A DNA stretch of 64,000 nucleotides, taken from assembly GCA_964019425.1 (NCBI GenBank), contig OZ025798.1, positions 930,001 through 994,000 on the forward strand, in the 5' to 3' direction. Source of the DNA: Flectonema sp. DT1601. Lineage: Eukaryota. The translations under genes and the position numbers were made by a program. The notes below the pieces were generated by a model. That model did not search any database. It was given only the letters and a program-made list of their open reading frames with translations, and was not told the origin of the DNA. Below, one piece after another: positions 53,634 to 64,000 of the stretch; positions within the stretch are counted from its first letter, which is position 1, and every line of letters starts with the position of its first letter.

Positions 53634-56204
53634 ATGGTTGTCCGTGGCGGAGACGGACGAGACAACGATCCCCCTGTACGCAGAAAAGCAGAAGCATTTA
53701 CTGTTGCATTTGGAGGACCTCCAGAAAGAAAGCCGAAGAAAGATATCCGTTCGAGTAGCGCACCAAGACAGTTCTTAAAGAAAGGTGAGGGATTTCAGGC
53801 TTTAGGAGCAGCATCAACTCAGAATGGAAGTACACATTTATCAACTAATGGATCACCAGTTAGAAATAGACAAGAGTTGAGAAATGTTATTCAAAATTAT
53901 AAAAGGCAATCACGAGTTGATAAGTTTAGTGAAGCGATGGTAGTCGTACCGTCGAAACCTCCTCCTCCTCATCCGATTCAACAACCAGTTCAAATGCAAC
54001 AGCAGCAGCAACAACAACAACAGCAACAACATCAACCAACACTTCATCAGTCTGCTACTCCTATCGGTACTGAGGATGAAGAGTTTGAATACTTAGACGA
54101 TACAGTAAAACAAGAACCTCATCACTCTTCAGCATTTGATGAAAACCCACCTCTCGTATTTGACTCTGACGGTGCAGATGATATGCCAGCCTCACGATCG
54201 AGATCACTTCCAACTCGTAGAGCAAGACCACAAAGAAAGGTAAGACATGATGATGATTACTCTGACTACTCTGATGACTCTGACTCAAGAGATAAACACG
54301 TTCGAGGAGCTGATCTACGCCGCAACAACAACAGACGTCCGAGAGAAAGAGATATCGAATATGACAGAATGTGGGAAGAAAAACTTCAGCAACTTGACGC
54401 CGTAGTTTCAATGTATTCACGAAAAGCAGACAACCTTCGAAAACGCGAAAAGGATATGGACCGTGCCCGCCAAGTCGAAGACGCACAAGCCGCTCTCGAA
54501 GAGCAAACATCCTCCGAACTCCGCAAATTAAAACAAGAACGATCAATATTAAAAGACAGATGCAGAGCTTTAAATGCTAATCAGCCGAAAGCTCGCAAGG
54601 ATCGCGAGACACTTGAGAAGCTTCAGGAAGAACTTGTCATCCTCAAAGAAGAATGGTCACAAAAAGAATACAGATATAAATTACAAATAGAACGAATGAA
54701 GAAACAAGTAAAAGAACTGGGTACTAAAAACAAACATCTTAATCAAGTTCTAAAGCAGAGTCAAGTTGATAAACTTCGATCTGCTTCGGCCAGAGATCGA
54801 AGGAGGAGTGACGATGACTCTGATGATCTAAATGATGATTATGTTGATGAAGTACTTGGATCAACTCCGAATAAACATTCTCGTCAAGAGGAAGAAGATG
54901 AATCCAACCGCAGGGAATGGGAGTTACGAGAGCGAGAGCGCGAGCAGCGGGACTGGGAACGTGCACGCGAAAGGGAAGAAGTAGATCGCATCGCTGAAGA
55001 AGAAAGAAGGGACGAAGAGGACAGGAGAAGGCGTCGTGAGGAAGAAGACCGAAGGGACGAAGAGGACAGGAGAAGACGTCGTGAAGAGGACAAGCTCAGA
55101 GAGGAGGAGGAATTGAGGATACGCGAACAGGAGGATCGATTTAGAGAAGAAGAAGAAGAGCGATTTAGAGAAGAAGAAGAAAACAGAAGAAGAGAAGATG
55201 AAGAAAGGGATAGAATTCGCAAACGTGAAGAAGAAGACAGGAGAAGAAGAGAAGAAGAAGACAGACGTAGAAGGGAGGAAGACGACAGGCGGGCACGCGA
55301 TGAGGATGACCGGCGTCGCCGAGAGGAGGAAGACAAACGGAAACGAGAAGAAACTGACAAAAGAAGAAGAGAAGAAGCAGATACACGGAGACGCGAGGAA
55401 GAACGACGCCAAAGAGACGAAGAGCGCAGACGAGAACAACTGCAGCAGCAACAACAGCAGCAACAGCAACAAGAAGAAGAGAGAGCGCGTAGGCTTCGTG
55501 AAAATGAAACCCGCAGAGAAAGGGAAGAGTCTCAAGTTGTAGTACAAAAAAAGGATCGAGTAGCTCCTCAAGAAGTTGATACTGAACCAGAACCACGTGA
55601 TGATGATCCTGATGATGTTGTTTGTGATATTCGTGAATACGTAGACGGAAAACTTGAGAAGTACTACCGCAGCAAGAAAAAGGAAGTAATTTACACCAAC
55701 GGTACTCGAAAGATCCTTCTTCCTTCAGGACATGTTGTTCTTCGTTTTAACAACGGAGATATCAGAAGAGTATGCTACGTTATATTAGTTACTTTTATAA
55801 ATCACAAACAACAAACTAATAATAAAAACAACAACAAACAGACTTACCCAAGTGGTAAAGTAGTATACTACTACTGTCAAGCGAAGACTCGGCATACGAC
55901 ATACAGAGACGGAGTACAAATATTTGAGTTCGAAGCAAATCAGGTAATGTAATTGTTACTCAGTACTAATACTCATAATTAGTTGTTGGATTTAAATAAC
56001 TAAATAATAACAGCAAATGGAGCGACACTTCCCTGATGGAATGAAGGAAATAACATTCCCTGATGGAACACTAAAATATATCTATCCAGATGGAGAAGAA
56101 GAAAGGTATGAATTTATTAGTTGGGGTGTTTATTTAAGACCGTAGCCTTACTTAACAACAACAGTATATTCACTGATGGCACTGTTCAACGAGCACATCC
56201 TTAG
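53634..56204 (+). CDS. SAS4: Centriole/basal-body protein SAS-4/CPAP (CENPJ), 4 exons, ~789 aa
   Basis: Exons 53634-55769, 55842-55943, 56014-56105, 56165-56204 (2370 nt). PN2-3-like [10 protein letters not shown], coiled coil, TCP/G-box repeats YTNGTRK...[29 protein letters not shown]...[17 protein letters not shown]...EESIFTDGT. Confidence 0.92.
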
Positions 56205-57625
56205 ACCTCACTGTGTGATGATGATTGACATAGCTGCTCTTTGCAATTGCTGAATTTCCAGCCTCTGTACTAAATATATCCTCCACTGAGGCAAGCCAAA
56301 AAAAAAAAAAATTAAAAAAAAAATTAAAGACCGAGAGAATCGATCCCTTTGTTGTATTCAGGGCGAATGCCTGCTTCCTTCTACCCATTTTCCTTTTTTA
56401 CTAGATTTTCTTCTTCTACTTTTTATAAATTTCTTATATTCGTTTTTTTTTTTTTTTTTTTTTTTTTTTTTCCACCAAAAAAAATGTTGGATTGCCGTGT
56501 ATTCATTTAAATCACATTATCTCTAAAACAGCATTGCAGCGGTAATTTATTCTGTTATACGTGTTCCCGCCGTGAACCCCCGAAACGAGTACATCTAAAT
56601 CTCCAGCTTCCGATCCCATTTTTTTTCCCCCGGCTGCCGTGAATGCAAACCAAATTAATTTGTATCTTTTCACGTCAGTAATAGAGCCCGTATATTATTA
56701 TTACTCTTTCTTATTTTTAAAAAAAAAGAACTGTCTGAGTCTTACTTTTTTTTTTTTTTTTTTTTTTTTTTGTGTTTCCTTACAAAAGGTAGAGCTGCAT
56801 ACGACAATAAGAAACCATCGGCGATACTTTATGGGCTCTTAAGGTTTTGCTGCCTTTGAAAAAAAAAAAAAAATCAATTACTGTGGAAGGTACGTCTTTT
56901 TTTTATTATTCTTTTTTTTTTTTTTAAACAGTTCACCTACCTCAGTTAATTAGAAACATGACTTAGATATTCAAATAAGATGAGGTTTATTATATTCCCT
57001 CATCTGGCCTTTTTTCTTTTTTTTTTTTCGTTTTTCTTCCTTTCCTCGCATCAACCACTCGCTTACTTAAAGCGCTCCTGTTCCCCAATCTTCACGACCC
57101 TTAGATTTGTTTATTTATACAACTATAAAGAATAAGAAAAAAACGCCCTTATGTGTGGGTGTCAAATCTATTAATAATCGACATGTGTTGGTATTGGTAT
57201 TTACGTGTTCTGTTCTGACTTAGTTTATCCCTGGTAAGCAGCTGTTTTGTTTTTCAGGTATAACGTTGGTAATGTCTTCTGTCAAATTCCCGTCAGCGAA
57301 CAACATAAAGAAGGGGGGGGGGGAAAGGGGGGGTGGGAAAATATAAATAAATTATGGGGTTTTTAACCTAGAGAAACAAATTTGTGAGCTATTTTTTTTT
57401 CTTCCTTTTTTTTTTTTTCTTCCATTTATTTCATTTCATTCATTTTTTTTAATTTTTTTTTTAGGGAAAAAAATACTGTCGTCCGATTCAGTTGAACTAC
57501 AAAACTCACTTATTTTTTAAAGCTGAAAACACACCGATATGGAACACTCATTGCAAGTACATTATCACAAGAAGTAAATAAGGACATCTTTATACACCAT
57601 TCACTTCAGTTAACAACTTCCAAAC

Positions 57626-58420
57626 ATGGACAGAGAACTCGTAGTTCTTCAAAAACGAAAGAGAGAATGGGTAATGCCTGGTGAGGAAATCATAAATCTG
57701 AAACCAGGGGCAGTGGTTTCAATTGGAAGAGGACTAAAGCAAGACTTAACGAAATTAATATCCATAAGAAGCGGACAATACGACGAGCAAAATGGTAAAC
57801 ACGTCGTCATTGGAGACGAGAAGTCATACGTTCCTCGGAATGAAGATATAGTCGTGGGTACTATAGTTCGTGGAGGAGGGTTTATGGGTTACTGGGTTGA
57901 CGCTGGAGCAGGAAGTCTATTTAAGCTTGATTCTATCGCATTTGACGGTGCCAGCAAACGTTTAAAGCCAGAGTTAAAAGTCGGTGCCAGTGTGTACGCG
58001 CGTGTTATCCAATCTCGATCAGAACTTGAGATGGTAATTAGTTGTCAAAGTGTAACTGGAGTTAAGAAAGATTGGGTTACTGGAGAATCACTATTCGGTG
58101 AGCTAAAGAGTGGCTACATCCATTCTGTCAGAACCCAATTTGCAAAAATGCTTCTCGCAGACTACGATGATATCCTTTCAAATATTGGTGAACGTCTCGC
58201 ATTTGAGTGCTGCATTGGAGTCAATGGAAGAATCTGGCTCCGTGCTAAGACACTAAAACAAACAGCACGACTTGCAAGGTGCCTCACTGAAATTCAGAGA
58301 GTAGTACTTCCACAGGGAAATCCAGCACTTCAAACTACATCAGAAGTCCTGAATGACTTCTTTCCTGCTCCAAAAGAAGTGAAGAGAAACGAAGATGGTG
58401 ATGAGCTTATTGAACTTTGA
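57626..58420 (+). CDS. RRP40: Exosome complex cap subunit Rrp40 (EXOSC3), 264 aa
   Basis: VMPGE, YVP..ED.V.G.I, AFDGASKR.KP.L.VG..VYARV (S1 domain), FE..IG.NGRIW (KH domain). Confidence 0.92.
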   Translation: MDRELVVLQKRKREWVMPGEEIINLKPGAVVSIGRGLKQDLTKLISIRSGQYDEQNGKHVVIGDEKSYVPRNEDIVVGTIVRGGGFMGYWVDAGAGSLFKLDSIAFDGASKRLKPELKVGASVYARVIQSRSELEMVISCQSVTGVKKDWVTGESLFGELKSGYIHSVRTQFAKMLLADYDDILSNIGERLAFECCIGVNGRIWLRAKTLKQTARLARCLTEIQRVVLPQGNPALQTTSEVLNDFFPAPKEVKRNEDGDELIEL

Positions 58421-58893
58421 GCAGCTCGTGTAACTATTGAAGAGCCATTGTCACACAAAGAGAGGTCTGTGTCAACACACAGAACGTGAACTTCTGCAGA
58501 GCATAAGTACACTTCAAAGCTAATGGTTAATTGAACCTCGTTAATTTATAAACAGTCCCCGCTGTTACTCACGGTTACACTCACGGTGAGTATATTGCCG
58601 TATATTTTTATCAAAAAAAAAAAAAAAAATAAATAGGAAAGGAAGGCCTTGTTGTTGCCATTCCTTTGTTCATTTATATTTGTTAGCTACATGTGGCTAG
58701 TCTTTTCGTATCACATTCTCAGGTATTGTCTAGTTGGGGATTTTCATACGTTTTTTGAGAATTTTGTTTCGTAGTGTTGATTCGTATCTTAGTCTGCTAT
58801 TTATCAATTGAGTTGTCAATTTTAAAAAAAATAATACTATCTGAAATTTATAATTATTTTTCATTACAGGTCCGTGTCAGGAGCATTTGACAG

Positions 58894-59784
58894 ATGGCTG
58901 TGGGAAGCATTCAGATAGCATCTGATATTCACTTAGAAATGTTTACTGATTACTCTCAAGTCCCTCTGACAACACCATCTTCTCCGATATTGGCATTGCT
59001 GGGTGATATTGGTTATCCAAAATCAAAAATATTTCTCAAATATATCACCGAAATGTGTTCGAGATTTCGTTACGTACTAATGCTTGCTGGTAATCATGAA
59101 TATTATGGTGAGTGTATGGTTGAAGTCGAAGAGAGGTTGAGAGAATTTGAAAAACAATTTAAAAATTTCAAGTTTCTTCAACGAGACTCTATAGAACTCA
59201 CAGAAGTCCTCCCCGGTTATAGAATAATTGGATGTACACTGTGGGTTAATTTCCCTGAAGTTGATCATTTCTGTGCACCTTTTTGCATTAGTGACTACAA
59301 ACAAATTTCTATTTTGGACTCAGCAACAGAAACAGTTAGAAAATTATCAGTGGATGATACTCAAAAATTACACGTCTCGCATGCAAAGTTCATTCAAAAT
59401 GAAATAGAAACCTCTGAAAAACCATTAATAATCCTAACCCATCACGCCCCTACTGCCTACAAATGTTTAGGACCTGAGAGCTTAAAGCAAAATGACATTC
59501 GATACAGAATGAACTTTACTCACTTTGAGAAATATATGACTAGCAAGTGTGCTGCTTGGTGTTTTGGTCATACTCATTGTAATACTGATGTTATAATTCA
59601 TTCTGTTGAGGATGATGTTTACACCAGAATAGTAACTAACCAACAGGGATATATTCCATCTACTGGTATGTCGAAGGGTTATCAAGTTGAAAAGAAAATA
59701 ACTTTTCCAGTAAATCCGAGTGAAAGTCCTGAAGTAGAAATACTTAGCAGCTTTCGGCATCTGATAACATCATCTCCCCCATAG
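58894..59784 (+). CDS. Calcineurin-like metallophosphoesterase, 296 aa
   Basis: All five motifs in order: SDIHLE, LGDIG, GNHEYY, THHAP, FGHTH. Confidence 0.93.
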   Translation: MAVGSIQIASDIHLEMFTDYSQVPLTTPSSPILALLGDIGYPKSKIFLKYITEMCSRFRYVLMLAGNHEYYGECMVEVEERLREFEKQFKNFKFLQRDSIELTEVLPGYRIIGCTLWVNFPEVDHFCAPFCISDYKQISILDSATETVRKLSVDDTQKLHVSHAKFIQNEIETSEKPLIILTHHAPTAYKCLGPESLKQNDIRYRMNFTHFEKYMTSKCAAWCFGHTHCNTDVIIHSVEDDVYTRIVTNQQGYIPSTGMSKGYQVEKKITFPVNPSESPEVEILSSFRHLITSSPP

Positions 59785-59927
59785 GTTTATCCCTCATAGG
59801 TTGTCAAAAATAAGGACTTCTTACCTGTTTCCTTTGACTTAGTAAGGCTTACATTATTATTATTGTGATCGCGTTTTTTTTTTTTTGTTAAAAATGCATT
59901 TCTTGTCAGGGCCGCACCTGAAAAAAT

Positions 59928-62900
59928 ATGAAAGCGGCCAATATTAAAACAGTGTCGATGCCTGTCAAGGCAAAACTACCAGATGCAGTTGGAGAAGCAC
60001 CTGTGACTTACAAAGTACCCCGAGTGGTTATGCGTAAAGGGGCTCCAACAGAATCTGAACGAAGAGAAAGTGTAAAAAATCTGTTGCAAAATAGAAAGTT
60101 AGTTGCAATTATTCCATCTGATGAAACAAGTACTTGGGATACACAGAAACACACACCAGCTTATTACCAGGCGGTTTATTCTTTAAAGAAATTTGATGAG
60201 AGAGAAGCAGAGAAAGGAATGCAACGTGAACAGGACTTAAAACAACGACAAGAAGAAGGAAATTACTTTCCAATGTCACTACCAGAAGATGAGGATGCTG
60301 AAGAACAGATGAAACCAGCAATGCGACATGGTGACTTTCGTTCCAACTACTACAGAATTCAAGACACAGTTGAAACTTCAGAAGCACTAGCTGAAGAAGA
60401 CGAAGGAGAGTTCGATGTCATTGCCAGCAACGAACCTGCAGCGGTAGCTCAACCAGATGAGACTGCAGTTCCAGTTTCACCTCCTGACGCAACCTTTGAG
60501 GGTGGTCAGATTAGTCATCTTTCCTTATCAGCTGCTGTCGAACCAAAAGAAGAAGCGGAATCAAGTTTTCAAATAACTGGAAACTCATCGACATTCGACC
60601 CATCGATGTCTGAAGTCATCATACGTGACGACCACCTTGAGTATACTTCAAAAGACGATGAACTCATTCATTCAATACGAGGATGTGTTGGTACAGATGA
60701 TCCTGTTATAGATATATCATTAATTTATAAAGAAGAATTAGCATCTCTTTTTAATGCTGTTCAAAAACACGTAAAAGTAAAAGTTGATCATGGCCTCACA
60801 GAAGAAGAATATATAACTGACAGGACGCCTCTTGCGGTGAATACGAGTCGACAGCGGAGAACAAAAGTTCAAAAAAATGGAATTTCAAAATCGACGGGAA
60901 ATAATGAAATAAGAAGTGTGACAAGCGACAAGGATGTGGTCGGATATCTAGTTGACGTTATATCTACAAGTGAAACACCTCTACAGATACCATCTGGAGG
61001 TGGAAGCAACTTAATTCAATACACGTCACCTTTTTGGAATACAAAACAAAAAGTATTAGAGACAATCTTATCGGGTTCTTTTGACATAAATCATGTCAGT
61101 GAACTAGTCTCAACAATAAGAAGTCTTCATGAAGAGTTACAAAACACTCGTGTTCTGTTATACAGATGTGAAGATTTACTACTACGGGAAAAATTAAAAA
61201 ATGAAACTCTCGTCACAAGAGAAGAAATTGCATCTTATAAAAGTAAGTATAGAAAAATGCAAGTAGCGCAATTAGTGGAAAGGCTAGACATTGAGGGAGA
61301 CGGTAGTGTATTTGTGGACTTGCAGTCGCGAGCAAAGTGTAATGTAGCAGACACGTGGAAAGATTTCCAACACGTTATGGATGAGCGAATGGAAGAAATC
61401 GTATCACCCACCAACTCCACCACAAATAGAAATACTATGGCCATGAGAAGTATTATACATGAACATATGATTCAAGAATTAAAATGGAAAACACTTTTAT
61501 CATCAAGAAACACTGCAGCACAGCAACAGTTAGAAGCAGCTGAGAGAAATGCCATGGAAGGTGCTGACCTAATGTCTGCTGCTGCCCAATATTTTATTCT
61601 TGGTGATCTGGAGACGAGTATTTTGAATCAAATTCAAGCAATCGAAGCCCAGAAGATAGCTGATACACCCCGTAATACCTATTCAGGTGAAATAATTGCC
61701 CAGAAGGACCTTGCTTCTAAACATACACAGACTCATGTTCAGTTGTCAGTTTCCATAGCAAAACTTGAGGCATCTGCAGCTACGGCAAAGGAACAGCTTG
61801 AAGACGAACTTATTGAAAAAGCCGCAATAAAAGAAGAACGTGATCAACTGTCATCACAAGTGTTAGAAATACAAGCAACAAATGCTACTTTAGAATCAGA
61901 AATTGAAGAAATAAAATGCGGTCCTGAAGAGACACTTCTAGAAGACGCATTGCAATCATCAGAAACACTTGATGAGTTGATTGATGAAAGTAGTAAGTCT
62001 GGTCTTCGTGGGTTGAATTGGGTGCTGAACAAATTGAAATTACAGCAATCTGTAGTGATGTCATTAGAAGAACGTATGGAAGAACAAAATCAATTACCTG
62101 ATGAGAAGGAGGTTTCGATAATAAAAGAGATTATGACGACTGATAAATCTACAGAAACAGAACCGGAATTACCTCCATCTCCATCTCCACCTCCATCTCC
62201 ACCTCCACCAGAGCAATTGGAGCCATCACCACCAGATATTAATACTGTATGTGTTGGTGTTCAGACGTCTCCTCTTAGTAGACATTCGTCAACAAAAAAA
62301 ATCACCGTTTTGGGTGACATCATCAACAGCTGCACAAGTGCAAATGTTCCTCCTCCTCAGTATTCACCCCCGGAGGGGAAGCCAGTTTTTTACGTAGAGC
62401 CCACCGCTGAGTTTACGTTCAACACCCCACCCACGACTGATTTAGAAATAAATAACACCGATGTTGCTGAAATCACAGCAAAACATAACTCTGAAATGGA
62501 ACATGCGCGTAAAAAGATTAATGATGTGGAATGGAAACTCTCAAAGTTAGCAACGTTCTGCATCGTTCAGATGTGTGAAGAAGAAATCCAACAAAGAGAA
62601 ACTGTTGTGGGACTCTACGAAGAAATCATTTCGAACTTGTATCTTCTTCATATCCAAACAAAATCAAGTATTACGACAACTATGTCAGCGACTGAAGCAG
62701 AGCGAAGTATCAACAGAAAATTAAAAAACCAAATTGCAGAAGATCAGCAAACAAAAGAATCTCTAACAAGGCAAATAGCGCTACTAAAAGAGACGAATTC
62801 AACGACAGTCGAGGAAGAACAGCTAGTTCCGCTTGAGGAGACTGTTTGTTCTAAACCTGTGGTCTGCTCAACCAGTTCAGGATCGACACCCCCAAGGACA

Positions 62901-64000
62901 ACACTTGTTCAGGCTGCTTCTCTTTTGTCGGCATCGAAGCAAATGCCGCTGCTGAGTGTCGGCGTCGATGACGGTTCTGTAAAGAAAATCGCAAAACCGA
63001 TGGACTTAAAAAATATTATTAAAAAGGCAGTCGATTCTAAAACTATGCAACCCGTCTTTCGTGAACACGACGGCTCACAACAAATGGCTGGAATTCTATC
63101 CAAACATTTATTGAACAAGACGAGGAAAAAAGCTCCTCCTGCAACTAAAAAAGATGACAACTCAACAACCAAGGGAGACAAATTACCTCCCATTGGTCCT
63201 GGTCCGCAGTTTAACCTTGGACTTATGCAGGAGGGTCTTGCGGCTAAAGTCACGACATCAGATCAGTCGACACTGCCGCCATTAAAAAGTCCGACTAAAA
63301 CAGCTCTTGCCAACACTGATCCTCTCTCAAATACTACCGAAGATGATAAGACTTTTGACAGTTTGGAGAAGACTTGCGAGGCTTACGAGTTTGTTGAAGT
63401 TTCTTCATTACCGTTCTTAGATATTCCCAAAGAAGAACTTCTTGAGAAAGTTAACTCAGCTGGGAAACACTTACAAAGTATTCTGGTGAACGAGCGAAGC
63501 AATCAAGAGAAGCGAAAGCAACGACTCGTAGCCGAACTTCGACTTAAAAAAGCATCCGAAAGATCAAAGCGAATTATGGATGATGAACCTTATGATGTTC
63601 AGTACCAACTTACTACAGTTCTGAATACTTTACAAAAGGAAATCGAGTGCTGGGCTAAGAAAGAGGTTAGTCAAAAACCATCTGCGAATGTTATGTTTGG
63701 ACAATTCGGATCTCCTGCAGGTGGGTTGCAGTCTCCAAAATCGGAAAGTACGAACGCCATAGACATTACACTTCCACCTCAAGTACCAGCAATACGCACA
63801 AAAGGAAAAGAACTATCAGCGACTAAAGGAAACCGTCGTGATCACTTCACACTTGAGGATGCTATTAAGAATCGTGTGAGGTCCTCATCTCCAAAATCTG
63901 CGGCAGTTTCTCTTTCAGCTGCTGCCTCACCACTGGAAACGTCTCTCGGGAAAGTGGATTTCGAAAGTGCTGAAAAACTTCAGCCGCCTCCGGATGCCGT
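59928..64000 (+). CDS. Large hypothetical coiled-coil/low-complexity protein, at least 1357 aa, runs off the window end
   Basis: ATG 59928 after poly-T plus AG (59908-59909). Starts MKAANIKTVSMPVKAKLPD; the same frame is still open at the end (...ESAEKLQPPPDA). Absent from the ORF track, consistent with no stop codon in the window. Confidence 0.85.
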   Translation, partial: MKAANIKTVSMPVKAKLPDAVGEAPVTYKVPRVVMRKGAPTESERRESVKNLLQNRKLVAIIPSDETSTWDTQKHTPAYYQAVYSLKKFDEREAEKGMQREQDLKQRQEEGNYFPMSLPEDEDAEEQMKPAMRHGDFRSNYYRIQDTVETSEALAEEDEGEFDVIASNEPAAVAQPDETAVPVSPPDATFEGGQISHLSLSAAVEPKEEAESSFQITGNSSTFDPSMSEVIIRDDHLEYTSKDDELIHSIRGCVGTDDPVIDISLIYKEELASLFNAVQKHVKVKVDHGLTEEEYITDRTPLAVNTSRQRRTKVQKNGISKSTGNNEIRSVTSDKDVVGYLVDVISTSETPLQIPSGGGSNLIQYTSPFWNTKQKVLETILSGSFDINHVSELVSTIRSLHEELQNTRVLLYRCEDLLLREKLKNETLVTREEIASYKSKYRKMQVAQLVERLDIEGDGSVFVDLQSRAKCNVADTWKDFQHVMDERMEEIVSPTNSTTNRNTMAMRSIIHEHMIQELKWKTLLSSRNTAAQQQLEAAERNAMEGADLMSAAAQYFILGDLETSILNQIQAIEAQKIADTPRNTYSGEIIAQKDLASKHTQTHVQLSVSIAKLEASAATAKEQLEDELIEKAAIKEERDQLSSQVLEIQATNATLESEIEEIKCGPEETLLEDALQSSETLDELIDESSKSGLRGLNWVLNKLKLQQSVVMSLEERMEEQNQLPDEKEVSIIKEIMTTDKSTETEPELPPSPSPPPSPPPPEQLEPSPPDINTVCVGVQTSPLSRHSSTKKITVLGDIINSCTSANVPPPQYSPPEGKPVFYVEPTAEFTFNTPPTTDLEINNTDVAEITAKHNSEMEHARKKINDVEWKLSKLATFCIVQMCEEEIQQRETVVGLYEEIISNLYLLHIQTKSSITTTMSATEAERSINRKLKNQIAEDQQTKESLTRQIALLKETNSTTVEEEQLVPLEETVCSKPVVCSTSSGSTPPRTTLVQAASLLSASKQMPLLSVGVDDGSVKKIAKPMDLKNIIKKAVDSKTMQPVFREHDGSQQMAGILSKHLLNKTRKKAPPATKKDDNSTTKGDKLPPIGPGPQFNLGLMQEGLAAKVTTSDQSTLPPLKSPTKTALANTDPLSNTTEDDKTFDSLEKTCEAYEFVEVSSLPFLDIPKEELLEKVNSAGKHLQSILVNERSNQEKRKQRLVAELRLKKASERSKRIMDDEPYDVQYQLTTVLNTLQKEIECWAKKEVSQKPSANVMFGQFGSPAGGLQSPKSESTNAIDITLPPQVPAIRTKGKELSATKGNRRDHFTLEDAIKNRVRSSSPKSAAVSLSAAASPLETSLGKVDFESAEKLQPPPDA

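Noticed and set aside
54061..55596. Minus-strand Ser/Leu/Phe-rich ORFs
   Set aside because: Antisense of the E/R-rich SAS-4 segment.
1..64000. tRNA, rRNA or snRNA genes; alternative genetic code
   Set aside because: None recognised by eye (tRNAscan-SE and Infernal needed to exclude them). Conserved genes end at TAA, TAG and TGA at expected positions, so the standard code fits.

Overview
Eukaryotic, AT-rich protist DNA, most consistent with a euglenozoan such as a diplonemid (inferred from gene organisation and the eL18 sequence; not database-verified). About 25 protein-coding genes all lie on the + strand, often 100-350 bp apart, each preceded by a pyrimidine-rich tract ending in AG (trans-splice-acceptor-like). 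Short GT-AG cis-introns occur, and their 3' ends are A/C-rich rather than pyrimidine-rich. Recognisable genes: three tandem eL18 copies, sestrin, a VPV-repeat (articulin/epiplastin-like) protein, Rrp17/Nop25, a divergent kinesin-13, importin-11, PPP1R21, a glucosidase II beta-like protein, an EF-hand coiled-coil protein, an LVIVD/mucin-stalk/multipass membrane protein, a pseudo-lipase fusion, SAS-4/CPAP, Rrp40 and a metallophosphoesterase. Other elements: an 86-bp tandem array with a 172-bp higher-order period, a decayed non-LTR retrotransposon endonuclease fragment, a dispersed ~100-bp repeat, and a four-gene cluster (plus one relic) of secreted proteins built from C-x24-C helical repeats that I cannot assign to a known family. 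All exon boundaries were inferred by eye from reading-frame continuity and remembered family motifs; no searches were run.
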